This document shows, in pieces, positions 19,662 through 28,667 of a stretch of 32,380 bases of DNA. Origin of the DNA: Candidatus Geohabitans tengchongensis (GTDB lineage Bacteria > Sysuimicrobiota > Sysuimicrobiia > Sysuimicrobiales > Humicultoraceae). Below the pieces are notes generated by a model that worked only from the letters and a program-made list of their open reading frames with translations, did no database searches and had not been told where the DNA came from. Made by a program: the position numbers and the translations under genes. Every line of letters begins with the position of its first letter. Within the stretch, counting starts at the first letter, position 1. Where the stretch lies: NCBI GenBank assembly GCA_031459625.1, contig JAVKIH010000027.1, forward strand, positions 1-32,380, given 5' to 3'.

Positions 19662-21164
19662 TCAGACCACGTCGGCCGTGCGGAACCGCCGCCACTCGCG
19701 CAGCAGGGCGGGCGCGGCCAGGGAGAGCGCCGAGAGGAGGAGGAAGGTGGCGGTCACCGGCCGCGTGACGAAGATGGCCAGGCTCCCGTCGCTCATGATG
19801 AGCGAGCGGCGCAGGTTCTGCTCCATCAGGTCCCCCAGCACCAGCCCCAGCACCGCCGGGCCCAGCGGGTAGCCGTTCCGCCGCAGGTAGTACGCCAGCA
19901 GCCCCAGCACCGCCGTCAGCAGCAGGTCGAAGGCGCTGGAGTTCACCGCGTAGGTGCCCACCAGGGCGACGGCCAGGATGACCGGCAGGAGGACGCGCGG
20001 GGGGATGTCGAGGATGCGGACGAAGAGCCCCACCAGCGGGAGGTTGAGGACGAGCAGCATGAGGTTACTGACGTACATGCTGGCCACCAGGCCCCAGATG
20101 ACGTCGGGGTGCTGCTGGAAGAGTCGGGGGCCGGGGATGACGTTGAGGACGAGCAGCGCGCCCAGCATGAGGGCCGTGGTGGAGGACCCGGGGATCCCCA
20201 GGGTGAGCATGGGGATCATGTTGCCCACCGCGGCGGCGTTGTTGGCCGCTTCCGGCGCGGCTACGCCGCGGATGTCCCCGCGGCCGAAGCGGTGGGGGTC
20301 GCGGGCCACCTGCTTCTCCAGGCTGTAGGCCAGGAAGGAGGCGATGGTCGCCCCGGCCGCCGGCAGGATGCCGATGTAGAACCCCACCACCGTCCCGCGC
20401 AGGATCGCCCACCACGACTCGGCCAGGTCCCGCACCGAGAGCCAGACGCGCTGCAACGCCACCCGCGGCCGCACCTCCCCGGCCAGCTCCTCGACCGCCA
20501 CCAGCACCTCCGAGACGGCGAAGAGCCCGATCACGGCGATGACGAAGTCCACGCCGTCCAGTAGGTAGGGCACGTGGAAGGTGTAGCGCGGGACGCCGGT
20601 CACCAGGTCGGTGCCCACGGTCGCCAGCATGAGGCCCAGCCCCATGGCGATGAGGGCTTTTACCAGCGACTCCCCGGCCAGGCTGGACACGGCCGAGAGC
20701 CCGAAGACCATCAGCGCGAAGTACTCGGGCGGGCCGAAGCGCACCGCCCACCCGGCCAGCGGCGGGGAGAAGAGCGTGAGGGCCACGATGGAGAGGGTGC
20801 CGGCGATGAACGACGCCACCGCGGCCACCGCCAGCGCCGGACCGGCGCGCCCTTGCTGGGCCATGGCGTACCCGTCGAAGGCCGTGACGACCGAGGAGGC
20901 CTCCCCCGGGACGTTCATGAGGATGGAGGTGGTCGACCCGCCGTACATGGTCCCGTAGTAGAGGGCGGTGAGCATGATCATGGCGCCCGTGGGGCCGAGC
21001 GTGAAGGCCACCGGCAGGAGCAGGGCGATCCCGCCCACCGGCCCGATGCCCGGCAGCACCCCCACCACTGTCCCCAGCAGCGCCCCGAGGAACGCCAGCG
21101 CCAGGTGGCGCGGCTCCAGGGCGATCTGCAGGCCGAAGAGCAGGTGCTGCCAGATCTCCAGCAC
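19662..21164 (-). CDS. tctA: Tripartite tricarboxylate transporter large permease TctA
   Basis: GVLPGIG, YGGSTTSILMNVPG, APEAANNA, LTLGIPGS. Confidence 0.95.
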   Translation of the reverse strand: MLEIWQHLLFGLQIALEPRHLALAFLGALLGTVVGVLPGIGPVGGIALLLPVAFTLGPTGAMIMLTALYYGTMYGGSTTSILMNVPGEASSVVTAFDGYAMAQQGRAGPALAVAAVASFIAGTLSIVALTLFSPPLAGWAVRFGPPEYFALMVFGLSAVSSLAGESLVKALIAMGLGLMLATVGTDLVTGVPRYTFHVPYLLDGVDFVIAVIGLFAVSEVLVAVEELAGEVRPRVALQRVWLSVRDLAESWWAILRGTVVGFYIGILPAAGATIASFLAYSLEKQVARDPHRFGRGDIRGVAAPEAANNAAAVGNMIPMLTLGIPGSSTTALMLGALLVLNVIPGPRLFQQHPDVIWGLVASMYVSNLMLLVLNLPLVGLFVRILDIPPRVLLPVILAVALVGTYAVNSSAFDLLLTAVLGLLAYYLRRNGYPLGPAVLGLVLGDLMEQNLRRSLIMSDGSLAIFVTRPVTATFLLLSALSLAAPALLREWRRFRTADVV

Positions 21165-21179
21165 GGCGCCGGCCGCGCC

Positions 21180-21650
21180 TCAGCGGAACAGCTCGCCCGC
21201 CGGCAGGCGCACCCCGAGGAGGCGGAAGCCGTACCACATCGCCGCCGTGAGGAGGATGGCGAGCAGCAGGGCGCGCGCCGGGCGGACGCCGGTGACCAGA
21301 AAGCCCAGCAGCAGGAAGAGCCCGGTGGTGAGGGGGAAGCCGAGCGGCGTGAGCGCCAGGGCGTACAGCAGGACGAGACCCCACAGCGCCCCGGGGCGCC
21401 AGTAGCGCGCCACGCCCCCGCCGGGGCCGGGCGTCCCGCCGCGCAGGGCCGAGCGCAGCAGCGCCGCCCCCAGCAGCAGCATCATCCCGCCCACCAGCAG
21501 CGGAAAGGTCGAGGGCCCCAGCGGCTCGGTCCGCAGGAAGGGCCGGAAGGTCAGCGCCTCCCGCACGTACAGCGCCGCCCCCAGGAGGATGACGAGGGCG
21601 GCGCCGGCGTCGCTGCGGTCGACCCGCCGGGCGGCAGGCGGGCGGTCCAC
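21180..21650 (-). CDS. tctB: Tripartite tricarboxylate transporter small permease TctB
   Basis: About 4 TM helices, LGPSTFP, LGVRLPAG; lies between tctC and tctA. Confidence 0.88.
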   Translation of the reverse strand: MDRPPAARRVDRSDAGAALVILLGAALYVREALTFRPFLRTEPLGPSTFPLLVGGMMLLLGAALLRSALRGGTPGPGGGVARYWRPGALWGLVLLYALALTPLGFPLTTGLFLLLGFLVTGVRPARALLLAILLTAAMWYGFRLLGVRLPAGELFR

Positions 21651-21654
21651 GGCG

Positions 21655-22629
21655 TTACTTCACGAAGCCCAGGTCTTTGAGCAGTGCCTCGAAGTTCGCC
21701 GTGTCCTGCTCCAGGAAGCGGCGGAAGCGGTCGCCGGTGAGCACGAAGGGGAACCACTTCAGCTCGTCGAGGATCTTCGCCCACTCCCGCGACTGGCTCA
21801 TCCGGACCAGCGTCTCCTCCCAGAAGCGCACCGTCGGGCTGTCGGGCGGGGCGTAGAACCCGCGCCAGATCGGGAAGGTCACGCCGAAGCCCTGCTCGCC
21901 GGCGGTGGCCACCCCGGCGAAGGGCCCGCCCAGGCGCCGCTCGGCGAAGATCCCGAGCACCCGCACCTGGCCCGCCTCGAGCTGGCCGATGACCTCACTG
22001 GCGCCGGTGGTGAGGACCGAGGCGCTGCCGCCCAGGACCGCGGCCAGCGCCTCGCCGCCGCCCTGGAAGGGGAGGTAGCGCAGCTTGAGGGGGTCCACCC
22101 CGGCGGCCTTGGCCCACTTGGCCAGGATGATGTGGTCCATGCTCCCGGGCGCCGACCCGCCGGCCACGGTCACGCCGCCGGGGCTCTGGCGCAGCACGGC
22201 CGCCAGCGTGCGCAGGTCGCGGATGGCCGAGTCGCGCCGGACCACCAGCACTCCGTAGTCGGTGCTCAGGGAGGCCACCGGGACGACGTCCCGGTAGGTG
22301 TAGGGCGTGTTGCGGTTCACGATGGTCAGCGTGAGCGCCGGGGAGAAGGCGGCCAGGACGTTCCCGTCGCCCTTGCGGCGGGTGACCATGTGGGCGATGG
22401 CCACGGCGCCCGAGCCCCCGGGCATGTTCGTCACGGTGATTGGCTGGGTGATCAGGCGCTCGGCGGTCAGCGCCCGGGCGGTCATGCGGCACAGCGTGTC
22501 CCACCCGCCGCCGGCCCCGGCGGGCGCGATCAGCTCGATGGGGCCGCTGGGGCCGGCGGGCGCCGCCCAGCTGATGGCGGCCAGCCCAGCCAGAAGCAGC
22601 AGGCTCAGGACGACAGCGGTCGTACGCAA
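21655..22629 (-). CDS. tctC: Tripartite tricarboxylate transporter substrate-binding protein TctC
   Basis: Signal peptide; PAGAGGGWD, NMPGGSG, PFQGGGEA, WRGFYAP. Confidence 0.93.
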   Translation of the reverse strand: MRTTAVVLSLLLLAGLAAISWAAPAGPSGPIELIAPAGAGGGWDTLCRMTARALTAERLITQPITVTNMPGGSGAVAIAHMVTRRKGDGNVLAAFSPALTLTIVNRNTPYTYRDVVPVASLSTDYGVLVVRRDSAIRDLRTLAAVLRQSPGGVTVAGGSAPGSMDHIILAKWAKAAGVDPLKLRYLPFQGGGEALAAVLGGSASVLTTGASEVIGQLEAGQVRVLGIFAERRLGGPFAGVATAGEQGFGVTFPIWRGFYAPPDSPTVRFWEETLVRMSQSREWAKILDELKWFPFVLTGDRFRRFLEQDTANFEALLKDLGFVK

Positions 22630-22715
22630 CGACCATCCCCCCTATCGTCTCGACGGCTGGTTGTCGTGACGGGCGTCGTGCCGTCCCTCTTTCGCCCTCG
22701 CCCGATGCCTTCCTC

Positions 22716-22922
22716 TCAGTCCTCCGACCCGGACGAGAACCCCACCTGACCCGGCTTCGGTGGCTCGGGCGGGACCGGACCGGGCGGGGACGGAGGCTTG
22801 GGAGGAGCGGGCGGCGGGGGTGCGGGAGGACCGGGAGGACGATCGCGCCGCCAGGTCTTATCGCGCCGCCAGGTCTTATCACGCCGCCAGGCTTCACCTG
22901 TGAACGCCCATTGCCTTCGCAT
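22716..22922 (-). CDS. Small protein with WRRD(KT) repeats and a poly-Pro tract
   Basis: GGAGG-N6-ATG RBS; 18-bp tandem repeats are in frame. Confidence 0.5.
   Translation of the reverse strand: MRRQWAFTGEAWRRDKTWRRDKTWRRDRPPGPPAPPPPAPPKPPSPPGPVPPEPPKPGQVGFSSGSED
22842..22891. repeat. 18-bp tandem repeat, about 2.8 copies (ATCGCGCCGCCAGGTCTT)
   Basis: Copies start at 22842, 22860 and 22878 (third partial, one mismatch). Confidence 0.9.
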
Positions 22923-23185
22923 CGGTGGCCTCCGCCTACGGGTTTACCCACCGGGAGGTGGACGCGCGTCGCGTCACCCATGGCGTTGGGCAGGGAATGG
23001 AAGGCCCATCAGGGACGTGAAGGCCCCGGCCGACATCGGCCACGATGCCCGGCGGCGCGTTCTCATCCCGCTCTTCCAGGACGACCAGGTGGGAATCCAG
23101 CCGCTGCCCTACTAGAGCCGCCGCTCAGGCAAGCCCGGGAACTCGCCTAGCAAACCCGCGGGCTGAACGCCGCATGGCAGGCGGG

Positions 23186-23494
23186 TCACGAGCCTGAAGG
23201 GGGCAGTCCCAGCAGGCGCTCCGCCCGGGCCAGGCCTCTGGGGGTGAGGACGTAGGAGACTTCCTGTCCGACACCCACGGGCCGCACGTAACCCATGGCC
23301 CGGGCCATCCAGCAGCCGGCCAGCAGCTCCTCGGCGGGCATCCCCAGGAACTCGGCCAGGCGGAAGACCGGGTAGCCCATCGGGAAGCGCCGCTGCGCGC
23401 CGTAGAGCGCCCGGAGCGCTCCGTCGACGAGCTCCTCGACCTGCTGCTCGGCAGCACGGGTCGCGGACGGCCCCGCCGGCCGGTCCGCCGACAT
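23186..23494 (-). CDS. Hypothetical protein, possible winged-helix fold
   Basis: GGAGGGG RBS; LAEFLGM...GYV...YVLTPRG resembles a wHTH wing. Confidence 0.65.
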   Translation of the reverse strand: MSADRPAGPSATRAAEQQVEELVDGALRALYGAQRRFPMGYPVFRLAEFLGMPAEELLAGCWMARAMGYVRPVGVGQEVSYVLTPRGLARAERLLGLPPSGS

Positions 23495-23632
23495 CCCTCC
23501 ACCCCCTCACTTTCGGCAACCAGGATTCGATGCCCAACTGCGGCAGGGGGTAGACGTGCGAGGCGCCGGCCTTCCCCCCACAGGGGCGACAGGTCCCGGC
23601 GCCCCGGGTGACCCGTCTGTGGGCGGGGTCGC

Positions 23633-23664
23633 TTGACCTTCCACCCGAGGGGAAGGTATAGCCT
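23633..23664 (+). promoter_or_regulatory. MerR-family promoter/operator
   Basis: TTGACC (-35), 20-bp spacer, TAGCCT (-10); dyad ACCTTCC-N8-GGAAGGT at 23636-23657. Confidence 0.85.
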
Positions 23665-23694
23665 CAAGACACCCCTCCCTGGAGGTCGGCACCG

Positions 23695-24225
23695 ATGGAG
23701 GCTCCACCCGCCATGCTGACGATCGGTCACCTGGCGCGGCTCGCGGGCGTCGGCACGAAGACGCTCCGCTACTACGACCACCTCGGCCTCGTCCCGCCGG
23801 CGTCGCGCTCACCGGCCGGCTACCGCCTCTACACCCCCCAGACCCTCGCCCGGCTGGCATTCGTCTGGAAAGCCAAGGCGCTCGGCATTGCGCTGGCCGA
23901 CATCCGCCGCATCCTCCTCGTCCGTGACGAGGGCCGGCCGCCCTGCGCGCACGTGGCGGCCCTCGTCCGCGCCAACCTGGCCAGGGTGGAGGCGCAGCTC
24001 GCCCACCTCGAGCGTCTGCGGCGGGACCTGCGGCGCCTGCAGCGGAGGCTGCGCCGGGCGGTCCGGGCCGAGCCCCGGTCGGCAGAGGACTGCCCCTGCT
24101 TTGCGCTCATCCAACATCCGCCAGCGTCCCGCCCCCGGCAGCCCCGCCGACGCGACCGGGCGGGGCGCAGGCCGGGACGAGGGCGGAGATCCGGGCAAGC
24201 GGGAGGTCCGCGAGACGATGGCTAG
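23695..24225 (+). CDS. merR: MerR-family heavy-metal-responsive regulator (start may be 23713)
   Basis: LTIGHLARLAGVGTKTLRYYDHLGL...GYRLY; Cys in PPCAHV and a CPC motif; directly upstream of merA. Confidence 0.88.
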   Translation: MEAPPAMLTIGHLARLAGVGTKTLRYYDHLGLVPPASRSPAGYRLYTPQTLARLAFVWKAKALGIALADIRRILLVRDEGRPPCAHVAALVRANLARVEAQLAHLERLRRDLRRLQRRLRRAVRAEPRSAEDCPCFALIQHPPASRPRQPRRRDRAGRRPGRGRRSGQAGGPRDDG

Positions 24226-25666
24226 GGCGCCGCACACCGACGAGATCTACGACCTGGTCATCCTCGGCTCGGGGACGACCGCGTTTGCGGCGGCCATCCG
24301 GGCGGCCGAGCTCGGGCGGACCGCGGTGATGACGGAACACCGCGTCCTGGGCGGCACCTGCGTCAACCGCGGCTGCCTGCCCAGCAAGAACCTCATCGAG
24401 GCCGCGCGCGTCTACCGGGAGGCGACGCACCCCCGCTTCCCCGGCCTCCTCCCGCGCGGCATGGACCTGGATGTCCGCGCCCTCATCCGGCAGAAGGACG
24501 AGGTCGTCCACGACTTCCGGGACCGGAAGTACCAGGCCATCGTCGCCGACAGCGACCGCATCACGGTGCACACGGGCCGCGCCCGCTTCGCTCCGGACGG
24601 GGCGGTGGAGGTGGACGGCCGCCGCCTCCGCGGCCGCCATTACCTCGTCGCCACCGGCTCCCGCCCGGCGCTGCCACCCATCCCGGGGCTCGACCGCGTC
24701 CCCTACCTCACCTCCGACCTACTGGCCGCGGACGAGGCGCAGGAGCTGTGGGAGCTGCCGCGCTCCCTGCTCATCGTGGGAGGCGGGTACGTCGCGTTGG
24801 AGCTCGGCCAGCTCTTCAGCCGCCTGGGCAGCACGGTGACCGTGCTGGAGCGGAGCGCGCGGCTGCTGCCGGCCCACGAGCCCGAGGTTTCCGCGAGCGT
24901 GGCGGAGCTCCTGCAGGCGGAAGGGGTGAACGTGGTGACGCGGGTCGCGGTCACCGCCGTGGAGCCCGCGGGGGAGCGGGTGGTGGCTTTGGCCCGCGTC
25001 GGCGGCGTGGAGGCGCGGTACGAGGCCGACCGGCTGCTCGTGGCGACCGGCCGGCGACCCAACACCGACGACCTCGGCCTGGAGCACGTGGGCGTGGAGA
25101 CCGACGAGCGCGGGTTCGTGCTGGTCGACGAGTCCCTGCGCACGACCGCTCCCGGGATCTGGGCGGCGGGGGACGTCATCGGGGCGCACACCGGCAGCCA
25201 CCTGGCCACGCCGGTGGGCGCCCACGACGGCGTGATCGTGGCGGACAACGCCCTGGGCGGACGGGACCGTCGCGTCGACCACACGGTCATCCCCCGCACG
25301 ATCTTCACCGACCCGCAGGTGGCCACGGTGGGCCTGACGGAAGCCGAGGCGGTGCGGCGGGGACACCGGTGCTGGTGCAGCAGCGTGCCCCTGGGGGTGG
25401 TCCCGCGCGCAGGCGCGGTGCGGGACACCCGCGGGGTGGTGAAGATGGTGCTGGACCGGGAGACGCGGCGGGTGCTGGGGGTCAGCATGGTCGGCCGGGA
25501 CGCCGGGGAGGTCATCCACGAGGCGGCGATGGGCCTGCGGTTTGGCGCCACGGTCCACGACTTCATCGACCTGGTCCACGTCTACCCGACGATGGCCGAG
25601 GCCCTGAAGATCGTGGCCCTCTCCTTCTTCAAGGACGTCGAGCGGCTCTCGTGCTGTGCGGAGTAG
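24218..25666 (+). CDS. merA: Mercuric reductase, without an NmerA domain
   Basis: GSGTTAFAAA, redox motif GGTCVNRGCLPSK, HVYPTMAEALK, C-terminal LSCCAE vicinal Cys pair. Confidence 0.95.
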   Translation: MARAPHTDEIYDLVILGSGTTAFAAAIRAAELGRTAVMTEHRVLGGTCVNRGCLPSKNLIEAARVYREATHPRFPGLLPRGMDLDVRALIRQKDEVVHDFRDRKYQAIVADSDRITVHTGRARFAPDGAVEVDGRRLRGRHYLVATGSRPALPPIPGLDRVPYLTSDLLAADEAQELWELPRSLLIVGGGYVALELGQLFSRLGSTVTVLERSARLLPAHEPEVSASVAELLQAEGVNVVTRVAVTAVEPAGERVVALARVGGVEARYEADRLLVATGRRPNTDDLGLEHVGVETDERGFVLVDESLRTTAPGIWAAGDVIGAHTGSHLATPVGAHDGVIVADNALGGRDRRVDHTVIPRTIFTDPQVATVGLTEAEAVRRGHRCWCSSVPLGVVPRAGAVRDTRGVVKMVLDRETRRVLGVSMVGRDAGEVIHEAAMGLRFGATVHDFIDLVHVYPTMAEALKIVALSFFKDVERLSCCAE

Positions 25667-25785
25667 GCGGGTGACGGGGAGGACGCCGGCGCCGCTTCGG
25701 GCTGGACGCCCGGACTAAGACGTGACGCGGACGCCAGGCAACGGGCAGCTCGCGCAATGCCCGGCGGACCGGAGGGCGCTCGCCC

Positions 25786-26238
25786 TCACCTGAGTCCGGT
25801 TCGTGCCAGCGTTTGCGGTGGGCTCTCGACCGTGAGGCCCGGATAGCCCCTGAAGTCGTCCACGTTGTACGTGCACAGGATATCGATGCCGTGCGCCCGC
25901 ATCTGCGCGACGAGTAACGCATCGAAGATGTCCTGGCCGGACGGCCGACGTGAGGCGATGATGCCGGTCAGGATGTCCAAGACCTGCGGTGTGAGGTCGA
26001 ACGTCCGCAAGCCCGCCCGGAGCGCATTCATCTCCTGCCACGCCACCTCCGGTTCAAGGGGGGTCCTGATGCGGCGGGCATCGGTGAGCACCGCGTAAGC
26101 CTCGATGAGGACCTGCGGGACCAGGGCGCCGGGAAGCGTGCCGTCGAGCGCGGCGTCGACGACCGCGCGGCTGTCGTGGTGCTCCCCGGCATCCTCGTTG
26201 AGCGCATAGACCAGGACGTTCGCGTCGGGCAGGATCAT
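25786..26238 (-). CDS. PIN-domain (VapC-like) toxin
   Basis: MILPDANVLVYA...VLIEAY...DALLVAQM...TYNVDDF acidic PIN residues. Confidence 0.9.
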   Translation of the reverse strand: MILPDANVLVYALNEDAGEHHDSRAVVDAALDGTLPGALVPQVLIEAYAVLTDARRIRTPLEPEVAWQEMNALRAGLRTFDLTPQVLDILTGIIASRRPSGQDIFDALLVAQMRAHGIDILCTYNVDDFRGYPGLTVESPPQTLARTGLR

Positions 26239-26450
26239 CGACTGAGACGCCGCGCGTAGAGCTCGGCGCGGCGCCACGCCTGGACCTTGCCCAGACGGTA
26301 CCGACCCAGACGCGGCCTGACCGCTGCGAGGTAGCGGCCCAATGCTTCCAGGACCAGATCGTTCTTAGGCCTGCCCGTCTTGCGGCTCGCCTCGTCCAGA
26401 TCGCGCAGCAGGGCCTGCTTGTCCGCTGGCACGTAGATGTTGAGCTGCAC
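26235..26450 (-). CDS. Ribbon-helix-helix (CopG-like) antitoxin
   Basis: MQLNIYVP...LDEASRKTGRPKNDLVLEAL; ATGA overlap with the toxin. Confidence 0.8.
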   Translation of the reverse strand: MQLNIYVPADKQALLRDLDEASRKTGRPKNDLVLEALGRYLAAVRPRLGRYRLGKVQAWRRAELYARRLSR

Positions 26451-26469
26451 GTCTTCTCACCCAGCGCCG

Positions 26470-26499
26470 ATAGTGTCACTAGTGCCTATGGCTTGTCAA
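26470..26499 (-). promoter_or_regulatory. TA operon promoter with overlapping palindromes
   Basis: Minus strand TTGACA-N18-CACTAT with extended TG; palindromes TAGTG-T-CACTA (26471-26481) and CACTAGTG (26477-26484). Confidence 0.65.
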
Positions 26500-26669
26500 T
26501 AGTCTAACGAGGAAGGTCTCGCGTGGCCACCCGGCAGCCTGGAATCGACTTGCCAGGAGTCTGGCCTTGCCAAAGCCAAAGACCGGGCGCACGGAGGCTC
26601 GACCTAGGATTTCCGGCAATTCAGAGCAGAGATGGAGCAGGCCAGGAAGGTTGCTGTGAGCCGTCAGGG

Positions 26670-26745
26670 TGGTGGACCGGAGGGGATTCGAACCCCCGAC
26701 CTCCGCAGTGCGATTGCGGCGCGCTCCCAGCTGCGCCACCGGCCC
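26670..26745 (-). tRNA. tRNA-Ala (anticodon CGC)
   Basis: GGGCCGGTGGCGCAGCTGGGAGCGCGCCGCAATCGCACTGCGGAGGTCGGGGGTTCGAATCCCCTCCGGTCCACCA: 76 nt, G3:U70 pair, TTCGA loop, encoded CCA; TATAAT upstream at 26756-26761. Confidence 0.97.
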
Positions 26746-26778
26746 GAACACGTTCATTATAGCCGCCGCCTGCAGGCA

Positions 26779-26853
26779 GCGCCACCATCGTCGGACGCTG
26801 GATGCGTCCCTTACAGGCGCCACCGTCGCCGGACGCAGGATGCGTCCCCTACA
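26779..26853. repeat. Two 38-bp-period direct repeats with internal palindromes (REP-like)
   Basis: GCGCCACCATCGTCGGACGCTGGATGCGTCCCTTACA and GCGCCACCGTCGCCGGACGCAGGATGCGTCCCCTACA. Confidence 0.8.
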
Positions 26854-26863
26854 ATCAAGGAGG

Positions 26864-27688
26864 ATGACATTCCTGGCGCACGTGCCTCCGGCCCAGCCCC
26901 TCTCCCTCTCCCTGTGGTCGTGGGAGCCCGAGGTGCTGGCGGCGCTGGCCGCGGGGACGGCAGGCTGGCTGTGGGTGTCCACCCGCTTTCCCACGCGCCG
27001 CCCGCAGCGCCTCTGCGGCTGGGCGGCGCTCGCGGTCGCCGCGCTCGCCCTGCTCTCGCCGCTCCATGCCGCCGCCGAGCGATCCTTCACCTTCCACATG
27101 GCCCAGCACCTGCTGCTGATGATGGTCGCGGCCCCGTTGCTCGCCCTGGCGCTCCCGTCGGCGTTTCTGGGGTGGCTGCGCCGCCGGCGCGTCCTCGGCC
27201 CCGTCGTCACCGCCCTGTGGACGCCGCTGCCCGCCTTCCTCCTGTACCACGCCGTGCTCTTCGGCTGGCACCTCCCCGCCCTCTACGACGCGGCGCTGCG
27301 CGTGGAGGCCCTGCACGCCCTGCAGCACGCCACCTTCCTCCTCGGCTCGCTGGCGCTGTGGGGCGTGCTGCTGGCCCCTGATCCCCACGTGGTGCAGGCC
27401 ACGGTGGGCGGGCGGATCGCGCTGGTGCTGGCCGCGAACGTCCTCAACTGGCTGCTGAGCTTCGCGCTGGCGCTGGCCGAGCGGCCCCTCTACGCCGGCT
27501 ACGTGGCGTCGGTCGGCGCCCCCATGGCGCGTCCGTGGAATCTCTCCCCGCTGGACGACCTCCGCCTCGGCGGTGGGGTGATGTGGGTCATGGGCAACAT
27601 GACCTTCGGCCTGGTACTCCTGTGGCTCGTGCTGGCGGCCCTGGACCGGGAGGGGCGGCGCGTGGGAGAGGGCGTCTCCTACCGCTGA
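26864..27688 (+). CDS. ctaG: Cytochrome c oxidase assembly factor (Caa3_CtaG family)
   Basis: LLSPLH...FTFHMAQHLLLMMVAAPLL, WHLPALYD, HALQH, DDLRLGGGVMW; AGGAGG RBS. Confidence 0.88.
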   Translation: MTFLAHVPPAQPLSLSLWSWEPEVLAALAAGTAGWLWVSTRFPTRRPQRLCGWAALAVAALALLSPLHAAAERSFTFHMAQHLLLMMVAAPLLALALPSAFLGWLRRRRVLGPVVTALWTPLPAFLLYHAVLFGWHLPALYDAALRVEALHALQHATFLLGSLALWGVLLAPDPHVVQATVGGRIALVLAANVLNWLLSFALALAERPLYAGYVASVGAPMARPWNLSPLDDLRLGGGVMWVMGNMTFGLVLLWLVLAALDREGRRVGEGVSYR

Positions 27689-28533
27689 GGCACGCGCGGC
27701 CGCGGCGCTGGCGGCGGCTCCGTGCCGCGGTAGGGGACGGGGATGTACTCCACCGACGGGCGGCGCTGCGCGGCCTGGGGGAAGAGGTCCATGAGCCGGT
27801 AGACCTCCTCCGGCATGTCAGTGGAGACCGGCAGGCCGAGCGCCCGCACCTCCTGCACCGTGATGGGGTAGTCGTGGGTCCAGGTCCCCTGGGTCAGCAC
27901 CTCGGCCAGGCGCGCCGCTTCCTCCGCGCCCATCTTGTCCCCCAGGAGGTCCTGCACCACGCTGCGCACCTGGCGCTGGGCCTTCTCGGCGATGTCGGCC
28001 AGGATGATGGTCTGGTCGTCCACCTCCTGGATGGGCTTGCGCTGCAGGACCGTCAGGATGGAGGCGGCCGGGAACTGGCCGAGCTGCGGGTCGATGGGGC
28101 CGAGCACGGCGTGTGGGTCCATGACGATCTCGTCCGCCGCCATGGCGATGAGGCTCCCGCCCGACATGGCGTAGTGGGGCACGAAGACCGTGACCTTGCC
28201 CTTGTGCTCGCGCAGGGCGCGGGCGATCTGCTCCGCGGCCAGCACGAGGCCGCCGGGGGTGTGGAGCAGCAGGTCGATGGGCATCTCCGGGGGCGTCAGG
28301 CGGATGGCCCGCAGCACCTCCTCGGAGTCGTTGATGTCGATGTAGCGGACGATGGGGAAGCCGAGCAGGCTCATCGTCTCCTGGCGGTGGATGAGGGTGA
28401 TGGCGCGGGAGCCCCGGCGCCGCTCCAGGCGCTGCAACAAGGCGATCCGCGCCCGCTGCAGCATCCACCGCTGCACGGCGGGCTGGATGGCCGAGAGGAG
28501 GAGGAAGATCCAGAGGAGGTCGACGAGGCTCAA
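27679..28533 (-). CDS. SDH_sah/ClpP-fold serine protease
   Basis: LIHRQETMSLLGFP, LHTPGGLVLAA, PHYAMSGGSLIA, GPIDPQ, WTHDYPI. Confidence 0.9.
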   Translation of the reverse strand: MSLVDLLWIFLLLSAIQPAVQRWMLQRARIALLQRLERRRGSRAITLIHRQETMSLLGFPIVRYIDINDSEEVLRAIRLTPPEMPIDLLLHTPGGLVLAAEQIARALREHKGKVTVFVPHYAMSGGSLIAMAADEIVMDPHAVLGPIDPQLGQFPAASILTVLQRKPIQEVDDQTIILADIAEKAQRQVRSVVQDLLGDKMGAEEAARLAEVLTQGTWTHDYPITVQEVRALGLPVSTDMPEEVYRLMDLFPQAAQRRPSVEYIPVPYRGTEPPPAPRPRVPQR

Positions 28534-28667
28534 ACCGATCCCCCCGGAGGGACCGTGACCGGCATCGGGACGATGACCCGCATCGGCACCTGGGTTTCTC
28601 CCCCGGCCGTCGCCTCCTCCTGCCGGCGCCTCACCAGGCGGGCCGGAGCGGGAGGACGAAGATCGTC

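Noticed and set aside
17492..19768. Long antisense or alternative-frame ORFs (e.g. 17492..19768 +, 14258..16141 +, 2556..4067 -, 10226..12061 -)
   Set aside because: Shadow ORFs of real genes caused by high GC; Arg/Gly/Pro-rich with no motifs.
22842..22891. CRISPR array
   Set aside because: The repeats are directly adjacent with no spacers, and no cas genes are present; the same applies to the repeats at 26779-26853.
23125..23186. c-di-GMP-I riboswitch suggested by GCAAACC
   Set aside because: No GAAA tetraloop or GACGCAAAGC segment follows, and it is not positioned 5' of a plus-strand gene.
23505..23540. attR copy of the tRNA-Ala 3' end (GGATTCGA)
   Set aside because: Only about 8 nt match, too short to support.
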